From an uncultured Gammaproteobacteria bacterium (GTDB lineage Bacteria; Pseudomonadota; Gammaproteobacteria; CAWCPV01): a stretch of 64,000 nt of DNA. Positions 25,609 to 35,189 of the stretch are shown piece after piece. Location of the stretch: contig CAWCPV010000004.1 of assembly GCA_963797555.1 (NCBI GenBank), positions 192,001 to 256,000 of the forward strand, in the 5' to 3' direction. The notes under the pieces were generated by a model that was given only the letters and a program-made list of their open reading frames with translations, did not search any database and was not told where the DNA came from. A program made the translations under genes and the position numbers. Positions within the stretch are counted from its first letter, which is position 1. Each line of letters opens with the position of its first letter.

Positions 25609-26238
25609 TCACCTCAGGTCCTCCAGCCCGCCCATGGCGCGCTCAGCAGGGGTGAGACTCGCTTGAAACGACGCGCGCCCGAACAGCCGCTCGCCGTAGG
25701 CGAGGACAGCTCCCGCCTCGCGTCCCAACGAAACCCGGTAGTGTCCGAGGCGCCAGAGTACTGGCGCGACGTAACAATCCGCGAGCGACAACTCGTCGCT
25801 CAGGAGGAATCCCCTCTTGGCGAACAGCGGTGCCACCACACCTACGCTGTTCGCTAGCTCTCGGCGTAAGCCCAACTCCCCCCCGCCCAGACGCGCCAGA
25901 TCCTCCATCAGCGTGTACCACTCTTGGTCGACACGCTGGATGATGAGACGCACGGTAGCCCGCCCAACGGGGTCCACGGGCATCAGAGGCGGATGAGGAT
26001 AGCGTTCGTCCAGGTACTCGATGATCACGCGGGCATCGGACAGGACGAGTTCGCGATCCACGAGAGTGGGCGCGGCGTCGTAGGGAGAGGTATCCTGTCC
26101 GCAGGCGACCTCGCCGAGGTCCACGACCTCCGCCGCAATGCCCTTCTCGGCCAGCACAATCCGCGCGCTGTGGCTGCGCAGGCAGATCTGCCGCGAATAC
26201 AGCGTTGTGCCGGCCCGTCGGGCAGGAGCTACTCGCAT
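25609..26238 (-). CDS. sspA: Stringent starvation protein A
   Basis: RIVLAEKG, PTLVDREL, EYLDERYPHPPLMPVDPV. Confidence 0.92.
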   Translation of the reverse strand: MRVAPARRAGTTLYSRQICLRSHSARIVLAEKGIAAEVVDLGEVACGQDTSPYDAAPTLVDRELVLSDARVIIEYLDERYPHPPLMPVDPVGRATVRLIIQRVDQEWYTLMEDLARLGGGELGLRRELANSVGVVAPLFAKRGFLLSDELSLADCYVAPVLWRLGHYRVSLGREAGAVLAYGERLFGRASFQASLTPAERAMGGLEDLR

Positions 26239-26380
26239 CCGCTGGGACCTCGCAGATCAGGAGCCGAAGCCCACAGGCACGCCGCTCTGACCGGCGGGCG
26301 GCGCGACGCGCATCGCACAGCCGCGCCCATGCCTCGGAGCCTACACCCTTGCAAGACCCCCGGGCCTGCTATCCGGTTCT

Positions 26381-27120
26381 TCAGTGGACGTTTTCCAGTA
26401 TTCCCGCTTCATGGCATAGGCCACGAGCAGGAACACGCCGAGATAGAGGAGCACCCACGGTCCCACTCGCTGCCGTTCGAGCTTCGCGGGCTCTCCGACG
26501 TAGGCGAGAAAGCTCACCAGATCGCGTACCGCGCGATCATACTGCTCCGGAGACATCTCCCCGGGACGAACCAACTCCAGGCGCTCGACCACCTTCTCTT
26601 CCACACCCTCGGCATTCTTGAAGGTCTTGTATACGGGCTTCTGCCACCCTTGCAGTTCGGCGAGACACGCGGGCATAGCCGTATCCTTGAACACCAAGTT
26701 GTTCACGCCGAACGGCCGCGCGTCGTCCAGGTAGAAGGTACGCAAGTAAGTGTATAGCCAATCCACCCCGCGGGCACGCGCAATCACCGACAGATCCGGC
26801 GGCGCGACGCCGAACCACTGCACAGCATCGTTGGGGCGCATCGCCACGGTCATAGTCTCACCCACCTTGTCGGCGGCGAACATCAGGTTCTCACGGAGCT
26901 GCTCGTCAGTCAGTCCCAGGTCGTGGCCCACCCGGTTGAAGCGCATGTACTGCGCGGAGTGGCAGCTCAGACAGTAGTTGACGAAATACTTGGCCCCACG
27001 CTGCAGGGAAGCGATGTTGCCGAGGTCGACGTTTGCGCTGTCCAGCTCCATGTACGCTTCCGAGGCAAAGGCCAAGACGGGCGAGACGGCGAGTGCGAAG
27101 ACGGCGAGGAGTTTTCTCAT
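26381..27120 (-). CDS. petC: Cytochrome c1 (apparent 1-nt deletion a few codons before the stop)
   Basis: CLSCH haem motif, PPDLS, C-terminal TM; expected WKxVH-stop end is shifted. Confidence 0.92.
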
Positions 27121-28343
27121 TTGGACGTCACTCTTTCCGGAACCGGCTTGGTCTTGTCCAGCTTGGTATAGATAGGCATCAGCAAGAAGAAGGCGAAATA
27201 GAGCGACGAGAACAGCCGTGCGAACAAGGTCATGGCTGGCGTCGGGGGCTGCGTGCCCAGATAGCCCAGGGCCACGAAGCTGACCGCGAATACCGCGAGC
27301 GGACCCTTGAAGAGTACGCCGCGGTAGCGGATGGACTTCACGGGACTGCGGTCCAGCCAGGGCAGGAGGACCAGCAGGAAGATGGCCGCCCCCATCGCCG
27401 TGACCCCCAAAAACTTGTCCGGCACCGCCCGCAGAATGGCGTAGAACGGCGTGAAGTACCACAAGGGGACGATGTGCTGGGGTGTCTTGAGCTGGTCCGC
27501 CGGAATGAAGTTGTTCGCCTCCAGGAACCAGCCCTTCATCTCCGGAAGGAAGAACACGACGAACGAGAAAATCATCAAGAATACCGCCACCCCGACCGTA
27601 TCCTTCACCGTGTAGTAGGGATGGAACGGGATGCCGTCCAGGGGGATGCCGCGCTCGTCCTTTTTCTTCTTGATCTCGACGCCATCCGGGTTGTTGGACC
27701 CCACCTCGTGCAGCGCCATGATGTGCAGTACCACGAGCACCAGTAGGACCAAGGGGACGAAGGCCACGTGGAAGGCGAAGAACCGGTTGAGGGTGGCGTC
27801 GGAGACGACGAAGTCCCCGCGGATCCACGTCGCGAGGGCCTCGCCGACGTAGGGGATGGCCCCGAACAGCGAGATGATCACCTGCGCGCCCCAATAGGAC
27901 ATCTGTCCCCACGGCAACAGATAGCCCATGAAGGACTCGGCCATGAGCGCGAGATAGATGAACATCCCGAGGATCCAGATCAGCTCGCGTGGCCCTTTGT
28001 AGGAGCCGTACATCAGCCCCCGGAACATGTGCAGGTACACGACGATGAAGAAGAACGAGGCTCCGGCCGAGTGGAGGTACCGGATGAGCCAGCCCCAGTT
28101 CACGTCCCGCATGATGTACTCCACCGAGCCGAAGGCGAGCTGGGCGTCGGGCTTGTAGTTCATGGTCAAGAAAACCCCGGTGAGGATCTGCATGACCAGG
28201 ACCAGCAGCGCCAGGGAGCCGAAGTAATACCAAAAATTGAAGTTCTTGGGGGCGTAATACTGCGCCATGTGCTCGTCCCACAGTTTGGTGAGCGGGAAGC
28301 GGGCATCGATCCAGGACAACAGGCCGGTCGTCGTCTTACTCAT
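27117..28343 (-). CDS. petB: Cytochrome b
   Basis: NFWYYFGS, GYLLPWGQMSYWGAQVI, PLWYF. Confidence 0.97.
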   Translation of the reverse strand: MSKTTTGLLSWIDARFPLTKLWDEHMAQYYAPKNFNFWYYFGSLALLVLVMQILTGVFLTMNYKPDAQLAFGSVEYIMRDVNWGWLIRYLHSAGASFFFIVVYLHMFRGLMYGSYKGPRELIWILGMFIYLALMAESFMGYLLPWGQMSYWGAQVIISLFGAIPYVGEALATWIRGDFVVSDATLNRFFAFHVAFVPLVLLVLVVLHIMALHEVGSNNPDGVEIKKKKDERGIPLDGIPFHPYYTVKDTVGVAVFLMIFSFVVFFLPEMKGWFLEANNFIPADQLKTPQHIVPLWYFTPFYAILRAVPDKFLGVTAMGAAIFLLVLLPWLDRSPVKSIRYRGVLFKGPLAVFAVSFVALGYLGTQPPTPAMTLFARLFSSLYFAFFLLMPIYTKLDKTKPVPERVTSK

Positions 28344-28939
28344 CAGGCGGCTCCTTCATGATCCGCGCCGATTATCAAGCGGGTGTCAGTCAGGTATTGA
28401 TGGCGCGGGATGACGAGATTCAGGGGAGCGGGCACCCCGTTGTACACTCGACCCGCCAAGTCGAAGCGCGACCCGTGACAGGGGCAGAAGAAACCGCCGA
28501 GCCACTGGGGCCCGAGGTCCGGGGGGGCGAGGTCGGGGCGGAATGTGGGCGAGCACCCCAGGTGCGTACAGATGCCGACCGCCACGAAGGTATGGGGTTT
28601 GATCGAACGCGGAATATTCTTGCAGTACGGTGGCTGCTGCGGCTCCTCGGAGAACGGATCGCGCAGCTGATTGTTGAGCTTGGGCAAGTCCGTCAATTCC
28701 TGCTCGGTGCGGCGCAGTATCCACACCGGCTTTCCGCGCCACTCTATAGTGATGAGCTGGCCCGGCTCGATCTTGCTGATGTCCGCCTCCACCGGTGCGC
28801 CGGCCGCCTGGGCGCGCGCGCTCGGCCTCATCGAAGAGACGAACGGGACGGCCGCCATCACCACGCCGGCACCGCCCACTACCGTTGCGGTCGCGGTCAG
28901 GAAGCGGCGCCTCTTGCGATCGACATCATCTGTGCTCAT
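28343..28939 (-). CDS. petA: Rieske Fe-S protein
   Basis: RRRFL Tat motif, CTHLGC, CPCHGS. Confidence 0.97.
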   Translation of the reverse strand: MSTDDVDRKRRRFLTATATVVGGAGVVMAAVPFVSSMRPSARAQAAGAPVEADISKIEPGQLITIEWRGKPVWILRRTEQELTDLPKLNNQLRDPFSEEPQQPPYCKNIPRSIKPHTFVAVGICTHLGCSPTFRPDLAPPDLGPQWLGGFFCPCHGSRFDLAGRVYNGVPAPLNLVIPRHQYLTDTRLIIGADHEGAA

Positions 28940-29103
28940 CAAGGCTCTCCCAAGCTTAGGCGTGGAACCATGCCGGCTGTCCGACGGTGAATTAGAATAT
29001 CGTCACCTGGAAATATGCCCCAAAAATCCTGTCATGATACCGAAGGCACCCGCGTTCGTCATCCCGAACGTACCGCCACCTGCCTGCTCAGTGCGCGTAA
29101 GCT

Positions 29104-29112
29104 TGATATAAT
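29104..29112 (+). promoter_or_regulatory. Extended -10 element TGnTATAAT, candidate promoter of the usp operon
   Basis: TGATATAAT exact consensus in the petA-usp intergenic region. Confidence 0.4.
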
Positions 29113-29170
29113 GCTCAGCTTGCCGGATGGGCCATCGCGCTCGTTCCATCCCGAACGAGCCTCCGCTTCA

Positions 29171-29379
29171 GCGCTTGTGGAAAAATCGTGGCGACCGGCC
29201 GGAGAGCGAGGCGCACCGAGCGCAGTGACCAAACATATCCCGATTAGGCGAGGTGCGACCGAAACGATAGCCATTCGGCACGTCCGCAGGACGCCCCGAA
29301 GGGGTGGCGTACAGGGAGGTACGCCATGACCGCCGCGCAACGCCGCTGTCGGGATGCGCAGCAGATGTTTCCCATGCTC
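29171..29379. mobile_element. MITE copy 3 (long form, 209 bp), TCA target duplication
   Basis: Homologous to 14075-14290; TCA at 29168-29170 and 29380-29382. Confidence 0.87.
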
Positions 29380-29407
29380 TCACCTCTTTCGGCGGAGCCC
29401 CATACAC

Positions 29408-29932
29408 ATGAACAGTGAACCCTCTGGAGTGGTCCTGGTCGCTATCGATGGCTCCCAGAACTCGATGCTGGCCGCCGGCGTGGGCGCGCGTATGGCCAAT
29501 ATGCTGGGCGCCCGTCTGCGCCTCATCCATGTCCTAGACGTGCCGCCGCTGAGCTTCTGGGTCGGCGTCGCGACCCGCATGAAGGAGGACATCCGGGCAC
29601 AGGCGGAGATCACCCTGACGCACATCTCAGGCAGGATCGGGGCAGTATGCGAGGTCGTGCCTGAGTACTCCATCGTGGAGGGCATCCCTGAAGAGGAGAT
29701 CCTCAGAGTCGTGAAGGAAGATCATACGATCCTCATGGTAGTGGCCGGTCGCCACGGCATAGCCACCGAGAAGCATTCCACCTTGTCGCTGCGGCGCATG
29801 GGGCACCTCACGGAGAAACTCGCGATGCAGTTGCCGGTTCCGGTAGTCGTCGTTCCCCACGACATACCTGCCTCCCATATCTGTCCGGCTGTGCAGGAAT
29901 TCGGCACGTCGGCCCAGCAGTGGACCCCCTGA
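29408..29932 (+). CDS. Universal stress protein
   Basis: VLVAIDGSQNS, LIHV, VEGIPEEEI, VAGRHG, VPVVVVP. Confidence 0.88.
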   Translation: MNSEPSGVVLVAIDGSQNSMLAAGVGARMANMLGARLRLIHVLDVPPLSFWVGVATRMKEDIRAQAEITLTHISGRIGAVCEVVPEYSIVEGIPEEEILRVVKEDHTILMVVAGRHGIATEKHSTLSLRRMGHLTEKLAMQLPVPVVVVPHDIPASHICPAVQEFGTSAQQWTP

Positions 29933-29964
29933 CATCCGCCCTCGCTGACGTTCGGGATCGGAAC

Positions 29965-30900
29965 GTGGACATTTTCTTGCCCATCGCGCACATGGACGTG
30001 AACGTGGTCCTCATCTTACTCTTCGGGGGAATCGTCGGGTTCTTGTCCGGTCTGGTGGGTGTCGGTGGAGGATTCCTGATCACACCGCTGCTCATCTTTA
30101 CGGGCGTCCCGGCCATTGTCGCCGTGGCGACCGGCTCCGCTCAGATCGCCGGTACCTCTGCCAGTGGCACCTACGCTCACTGGCGGCTCGGCAACGTGGA
30201 CTTCAAGATGGGGCTGTTTCTATTGGCGGGCAGTTGGCTCGGTGGAGGCGCTGGGGTGTACGTGGCCCGGCTGCTCCAGCAGAGCGGCCAATTCGGAAAC
30301 ATCGTCACCTTCCTCTACGTGGTGCTCCTCGGATTCATCGGCGTCTCCATGCTGTTCGAGTCGCTCGGCGCCGTGCTTCGCAGCGGAGCCGGCATGGCCA
30401 GCGCGGAGCCCGACGATGGCAGCCTCGGCGCTCGTCTTGCTGGTCTCGCCCAGCGCTTGCCGGGCCAGACCGCGTTTCCCACCTCGGGCCTGCACACTTC
30501 GTTCCTGGTGCCCATCGTCGTTGGCGGCGGGGTGGGCATCCTGACCTCGCTCATGGGAGTCGGGGGCGGCTTCGTGATGGTTCCGGTCATGATTTACCTA
30601 TTGAAGATGCCCACTAGGGTAGTGGTCGGCACTTCGCTATTCCAGCTTCTGTTCACCACGGCGGCGGTGAGCGTGATGCAAGCCGGGGTCAATCACGCGG
30701 TGGACCCGTTTCTCGCGCTCATCCTGATCTTCGGGTCTGCGTTCGGGACCCAGTGGGGCACGCAGCTCGGCATGAAGCTGCCGGCCGAGCGGTTACGCCT
30801 CGTGCTGGCGTTGGTGGTGGTAGCCGTGGCGGTGAAGATGGTCATCGACCTGCTGTTAGCCCCCGCGGAGGTCTACAGCCTGGTCCGGGTGGTGCGGTGA
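29965..30900 (+). CDS. TauE/SafE (TSUP) transporter
   Basis: Two GVGGGF repeats, multiple TM segments, GTSLFQ. Confidence 0.92.
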   Translation: MDIFLPIAHMDVNVVLILLFGGIVGFLSGLVGVGGGFLITPLLIFTGVPAIVAVATGSAQIAGTSASGTYAHWRLGNVDFKMGLFLLAGSWLGGGAGVYVARLLQQSGQFGNIVTFLYVVLLGFIGVSMLFESLGAVLRSGAGMASAEPDDGSLGARLAGLAQRLPGQTAFPTSGLHTSFLVPIVVGGGVGILTSLMGVGGGFVMVPVMIYLLKMPTRVVVGTSLFQLLFTTAAVSVMQAGVNHAVDPFLALILIFGSAFGTQWGTQLGMKLPAERLRLVLALVVVAVAVKMVIDLLLAPAEVYSLVRVVR

Positions 30901-31655
30901 GCGTGCGCGCCATCGTTGCCCTGCTCCTGGCGGCGCTCCCGCAGGGCATGCCGCCCCGGGCGCTGGCCGAGGAGGCGTTGGTGACCCGCCTCGAAGTGGA
31001 CCACGTCGACATCACCAGCCAGTTCGCCGGACAGCAACTCCTGCTGTTCGGCTCGGTATCGCGCGGGTGCGACGTGATCATCAAGCTCGTTTCGCCCGAG
31101 CAGGTGGTCGCCCTGTCGCACAAGGTCAAGGTCGGGCCCGTGTGGCTGGACCGTGGCCACATGACCGTGAGAGGCACCCCCGGGCTGATGTATCTGCTCT
31201 CCTCCCAACCCGTCGGGAGTCTGCTGAGCCCGGCCGAGCGGGCGCGATACGGGCTGCGGCTCGAGGACGCGTTGGCCGGCGCGAAGGTGCACTCGACGCA
31301 CGCGGTCACGGAGGACTGGCATTCGGCCTTCCTGCGCCTCAAGGACCAGAAAGGCTACTACGTCGAGGAGGGGCGAGCGGTCACCGTGGACAAAGGCCGG
31401 CTGTTCTTCACCAACATCACCCTGCCCCCCAAGCTGCCGATGGGCGACTATGATGTCGATATTTACAGCGTGCGGAACGGGAAGGTCGTCCGTCATGACA
31501 CGAACCGGCTGGACGTACGGGAGGTACGACTGGAGCATTGGGTCGACAGTATCGCCCACGGCTACCCGTGGACGTTCGGCAGCGTCTTCACCGCCGGGGT
31601 CATGGTGCTCGGGCTCGCCCTCGGCATGATCCTCAGGCGCAAGCGCGGAGCCTAG
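30897..31655 (+). CDS. TIGR02186-family membrane protein
   Basis: VDITSQFAGQQLLLFG, C-terminal TM; coupled to the TauE gene. Confidence 0.8.
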   Translation: MSVRAIVALLLAALPQGMPPRALAEEALVTRLEVDHVDITSQFAGQQLLLFGSVSRGCDVIIKLVSPEQVVALSHKVKVGPVWLDRGHMTVRGTPGLMYLLSSQPVGSLLSPAERARYGLRLEDALAGAKVHSTHAVTEDWHSAFLRLKDQKGYYVEEGRAVTVDKGRLFFTNITLPPKLPMGDYDVDIYSVRNGKVVRHDTNRLDVREVRLEHWVDSIAHGYPWTFGSVFTAGVMVLGLALGMILRRKRGA

Positions 31656-32016
31656 CCCCGAGCGCACTCGCCGCCCCGGACGACAGCGCGCGGTATGGGC
31701 CGCAGCAGCGGGAAGCCGGAGCCGGACGGCCGCCGCGAGAGCGACCTGTCTGGGGACCCACATACCGAGCACTGTACTCCGCACACTTGGCTCTTGGGCC
31801 GCCGCCCGAGTCGGCAACTCAGCCCCCGTACTGCCGGGCGCATCTGACTCAGCGCACCGGCGCGCAACAGGCGCGAAGCACAGCGCGCGGCTCCTGCGAC
31901 CCAACGATGGAACCGGCGGGCGTCCGGGCTCGCTCCACCTTCGCTGGCTTCGACTACACTTGTCGCATTCGGGGGAATGACAACGCCGGCGCCTTGCGGA
32001 GAGCCGGCAGAGGCGC

Positions 32017-33084
32017 GTGGACCGCTTCGACCGCATCTACGAGCTGGACAAGCTGCTTCGGACCGCCCGCCGCGGGCTGACCGGGGCAGCGCTGCGAGAG
32101 CGCCTGGAGTGCTCCCGCGCCACACTCGGGCGCGTCGTCGACGACATGCGCACCTTTCTGGACGCTCCCATCGTCTACGACCGCGCCCGGAACCTTTACC
32201 GCTACGCCGGCTCCGAAACGCACACCTACGAGCTGCCCGGACTCTGGTTCAACCCCTCCGAGCTTTACGCCCTGCTCGCCGCCCAGCGCCTGCTGGAATC
32301 GGTCCAGCCGGGGCTCCTGGGACCCGTCATCGCCCCGCTCTGCCGGCGCATCGAGCGGATTCTCCAGGCCGAGCGGCTGAGCAGCGGCGAGGTCGCCCGC
32401 CGCGTACGCATCCTGTCCATCGGCACGCGCCCGCGCTCCGGCGAGCACTTCCAGGCCGTGGCCGGTGCGCTCATGGGCCGACGCCGGCTGCGCATCCGCT
32501 ATCACGGCCGCGCCCGCGACGAAGTGAGCGACCGCAGCGTCTCGCCCGAGCGCCTCGTCCACTACCGCGACAACTGGTACCTGGACGCCTGGTGCTACCG
32601 GGCGCGCGGACTGCGCACCTTCGCCCTCGACCGCATCCTGGCGGCGCGCCCGCTGAGAGCTTCTGCGCGCGAGATTCCCGACGCCGAGCTCGACGCCCAC
32701 TTCGCCACCGCCTACGGCATCTTCGCCGGAGAGCCCAGTGCAACCGCCGTGCTGCGCTTCGGCCCGGAGCGCGCCCGCTGGGTCGCCGAAGAGCGCTGGC
32801 ACCCCGACCAGCAAGGCCGGATGCTGGAAGACGGCGGCTACGAGCTGCGCCTCCCGTACGGCGACCCGCGCGAGCTGGTCATGGACATTTTGAAATACGG
32901 CCCGGACGTCGAGGTCCTCGCCCCCGAAACGTTGCGCGCCTTGGTGGCCGAGCGGCTGGAGGATGCGGCACGCCAGTACCGCGAGGCCGGTGCGCGTCCG
33001 GAGCCACAGACGCCGCCTCCGACCGGCATCCGGCCGGCCGCTGCGAAAAGCAAAGATCGGACCGTATCGTCCGACCGCCCGTAA
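32017..33084 (+). CDS. HTH-WYL-WCX transcriptional regulator (YafY/PafC-like)
   Basis: MDRFDRIY...LECSRAT HTH, YELPGLWF, RLVHYRDNWYLDAWC, RTFALDRI, WHPDQ, DILKYG. Confidence 0.93.
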   Translation: MDRFDRIYELDKLLRTARRGLTGAALRERLECSRATLGRVVDDMRTFLDAPIVYDRARNLYRYAGSETHTYELPGLWFNPSELYALLAAQRLLESVQPGLLGPVIAPLCRRIERILQAERLSSGEVARRVRILSIGTRPRSGEHFQAVAGALMGRRRLRIRYHGRARDEVSDRSVSPERLVHYRDNWYLDAWCYRARGLRTFALDRILAARPLRASAREIPDAELDAHFATAYGIFAGEPSATAVLRFGPERARWVAEERWHPDQQGRMLEDGGYELRLPYGDPRELVMDILKYGPDVEVLAPETLRALVAERLEDAARQYREAGARPEPQTPPPTGIRPAAAKSKDRTVSSDRP

Positions 33085-33233
33085 AGCTCGCAGTGAAGCC
33101 GCTCTCCGCCGCCTCAGTTTTTGCAGCAGGGGGTGTGATACAAAGAGAGATGCAGAGGCCGCGACGGGGCCGGAAGCCCTGTCGCCCGAGGCAGAACGAA
33201 CGCGGGAAACCGGGTCTGGGGGGGAACAACACT

Positions 33234-34160
33234 ATGAGGCTATCATCGCAGCTTGTCCCGCGGCCGATGGGCGGGCCGCGGCGCTTCCGCGAAGCGCCTG
33301 CCCGAGACCCGACCGAGGCGCAAGGCGCTCACGGCGACGGGACCGGCACCGCCCTCGTGGTGCATCCTCGCTGGGCGGGACTGCTGGCCGAGCGGGAGCG
33401 CCTGCGCCAGTCCCTCGCCGCGCTCCTGGAGCGGCTCACCGACCAACAGCGCCGGGCCGAGTACCTGGAGGCCGTGTTCCATTCGCGCCTCGGACGCCAT
33501 GAGCTGGGGCGCCTCGAAGCACAGGCCGGGCACGCAAGCCTGCGCGCGCAGCTCGCCGCCGCCCAGGCATTCGTCAACCGAGGCCAGCGTCTGGACCAAG
33601 AGGCCCGGTCCCAGGCCAAAGCTGCGGGGGCGGAGGAGCTGGCGCGCTGGCAGGTGCATATCGCGGCTCAGCAAAGCCGGCTCTCCGGAAGCGCCCTCTA
33701 CCTGCGCGGCCTGGTTTCGGTCGGCCCGGAGGTCGTCGCCGAGGTCAAGCGCCTCTACCGGCGCCTGTGCCTGCGCCTGCATCCGGACCTGGCCGGCGCC
33801 GACAATCCCCTGTTCGCCCGCTATTGGCCGATGCTCCAGCAAGCATACCGCTCGGCCGACTTGGAGCTGATGCGCCTGCTTGACCGACTGGTCCCGGAGG
33901 CCAGCCCGCGCCTGCCCGATGCGTGGGACCCCCTGCTCCGCTCCATCGAGGCCATGCGCTGGCAGGAACGGGAGCTCCTCGCGCGCCTCGCGGAGAACGA
34001 ATCCCGTCCGCCGCTGAGCTACGCGGCCCTGCTCGAAGACCAGGAGGAAATGGAGCGGCGGGCCGCAGTCACAGCCGCCGAGACCGCCGCCCTGAAGGAG
34101 CGCTCCGCCGCCCTGCGCGCGCAGATCGAAGCCCTGTTCGGCGGCGTCACCCTGCATTGA
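33234..34160 (+). CDS. Coiled-coil protein with central J-domain-like HPD segment (308 aa)
   Basis: EVKRLYRRLCLRLHPDL...LQQAY flanked by long heptad helices; GGGGGA Shine-Dalgarno before the ATG. Confidence 0.75.
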   Translation: MRLSSQLVPRPMGGPRRFREAPARDPTEAQGAHGDGTGTALVVHPRWAGLLAERERLRQSLAALLERLTDQQRRAEYLEAVFHSRLGRHELGRLEAQAGHASLRAQLAAAQAFVNRGQRLDQEARSQAKAAGAEELARWQVHIAAQQSRLSGSALYLRGLVSVGPEVVAEVKRLYRRLCLRLHPDLAGADNPLFARYWPMLQQAYRSADLELMRLLDRLVPEASPRLPDAWDPLLRSIEAMRWQERELLARLAENESRPPLSYAALLEDQEEMERRAAVTAAETAALKERSAALRAQIEALFGGVTLH

Positions 34161-34172
34161 GCGCCATACCCT

Positions 34173-34195
34173 GTAGGAGCGGATTCATCCGCGAA
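34173..34195. repeat. GTAG-type REP-like palindrome
   Basis: GTAGGA GCGGAT TC ATCCGC GAA. Confidence 0.55.
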
Positions 34196-34227
34196 ATCAC
34201 CTGTTGAGAGAATCTGAGAAATCCGCC

Positions 34228-34623
34228 ATGCCCGCACTGACCAAGACCCCATCATCCGCCGGCCTCATGACCACGCTGTTGGGCGGACATGGCCTCGCCC
34301 CGCCCGCCGCCCGCGACATCTTCCTGCTCGATTGCCACATCGCCGGCACCTGCTACTACGACGCGCGCGACCACCCTGAGTGCCTGGCACTCGGCATGCC
34401 GCTCCGGCTCCAGCGCCAGCCGCAGAACCCCCACGACGCCCTGGCCATCGAGGTCCATGCCGCAGGCCCCGAGCCCTTCAAGCTCGGCTATGTGCCGCGC
34501 AAGCACAACCCGGTGCTCGCCCGCCTCATGGACGCCGGCAAGGAGCTGACCGCCCGCCTCTCCCAGGTCGAGGGCGGACTGTGGGGAGACCCGCGCATGG
34601 AAATCCATTTGAGGGACTGGTGA
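34228..34623 (+). CDS. Stand-alone HIRAN-domain protein
   Basis: IAGTCYY, LQRQPQNPHDALAIEVH, KLGYVPRKHNPVLARLMDAG. Confidence 0.9.
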   Translation: MPALTKTPSSAGLMTTLLGGHGLAPPAARDIFLLDCHIAGTCYYDARDHPECLALGMPLRLQRQPQNPHDALAIEVHAAGPEPFKLGYVPRKHNPVLARLMDAGKELTARLSQVEGGLWGDPRMEIHLRDW

Positions 34624-34754
34624 TGGATCGCTTCGACAGACATGGATCGAGCACCATCGACGGCCAGACGATGGTCCACGTGCGCAGCTACGCGGTTCGG
34701 CGACCGGCACTCCCGCCCGCAGGTGAGCCGCCAGGCGCGCCGGTCGCGACGCGG

Positions 34755-35189
34755 TCAGTCCCCGAGTACCGGAATACCGAGGCCGCGTGCAGCCGTTGCG
34801 AGGCCGCTGTCGAAAACCGCGAACCTGAATGGCACCTGCGCGCCCGCCAGTCGGAGCACTGCTTCGGCGGCTGCCAAGTGCACGCTGTCGTAACCCCGCA
34901 ACTGATACTGCTCGGCCAGATCACCCGCGCGCCGAACCAGGGCTTCGTTGACCATTACGACCTCGAGCGCCGCCCAGTGCCGTTCGAACTGCCTCCGGTA
35001 CTCGGCGAGTGTGGCGTTGTCGAGGCGGTTCATCATCAGTGCCTTGGTCAATCCTGGCCGTACCTCCGCATAGGCAATCAGATGGCTGGCGACCGAACCG
35101 GCCGCGTTGAATGCGGTAGCGACGGTCTCGGAACCCGGCTCGTCCAGGTAGAGCTTCAACAACGCCGACGAGTCCAAGTAAAGGATCAC
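34755..35189 (-). CDS. vapC: VapC PIN-domain toxin, apparently intact
   Basis: VILYLDSSALLKLY, AYAEV, LRGYDSVHLAAA, FDSGL. Confidence 0.88.
   Translation of the reverse strand: MILYLDSSALLKLYLDEPGSETVATAFNAAGSVASHLIAYAEVRPGLTKALMMNRLDNATLAEYRRQFERHWAALEVVMVNEALVRRAGDLAEQYQLRGYDSVHLAAAEAVLRLAGAQVPFRFAVFDSGLATAARGLGIPVLGD

Noticed and set aside
26341-28281. 646-aa ORF or C-terminally extended cytochrome c1
   Set aside because: N-terminal part is a shadow frame of petB; the tail extension is explained by a 1-nt deletion
31977-34160. 727-aa ORF suggesting a WYL-J fusion
   Set aside because: Its N-terminal half is the GC-rich shadow frame of the WYL gene; the J-like protein has its own SD and ATG at 33234
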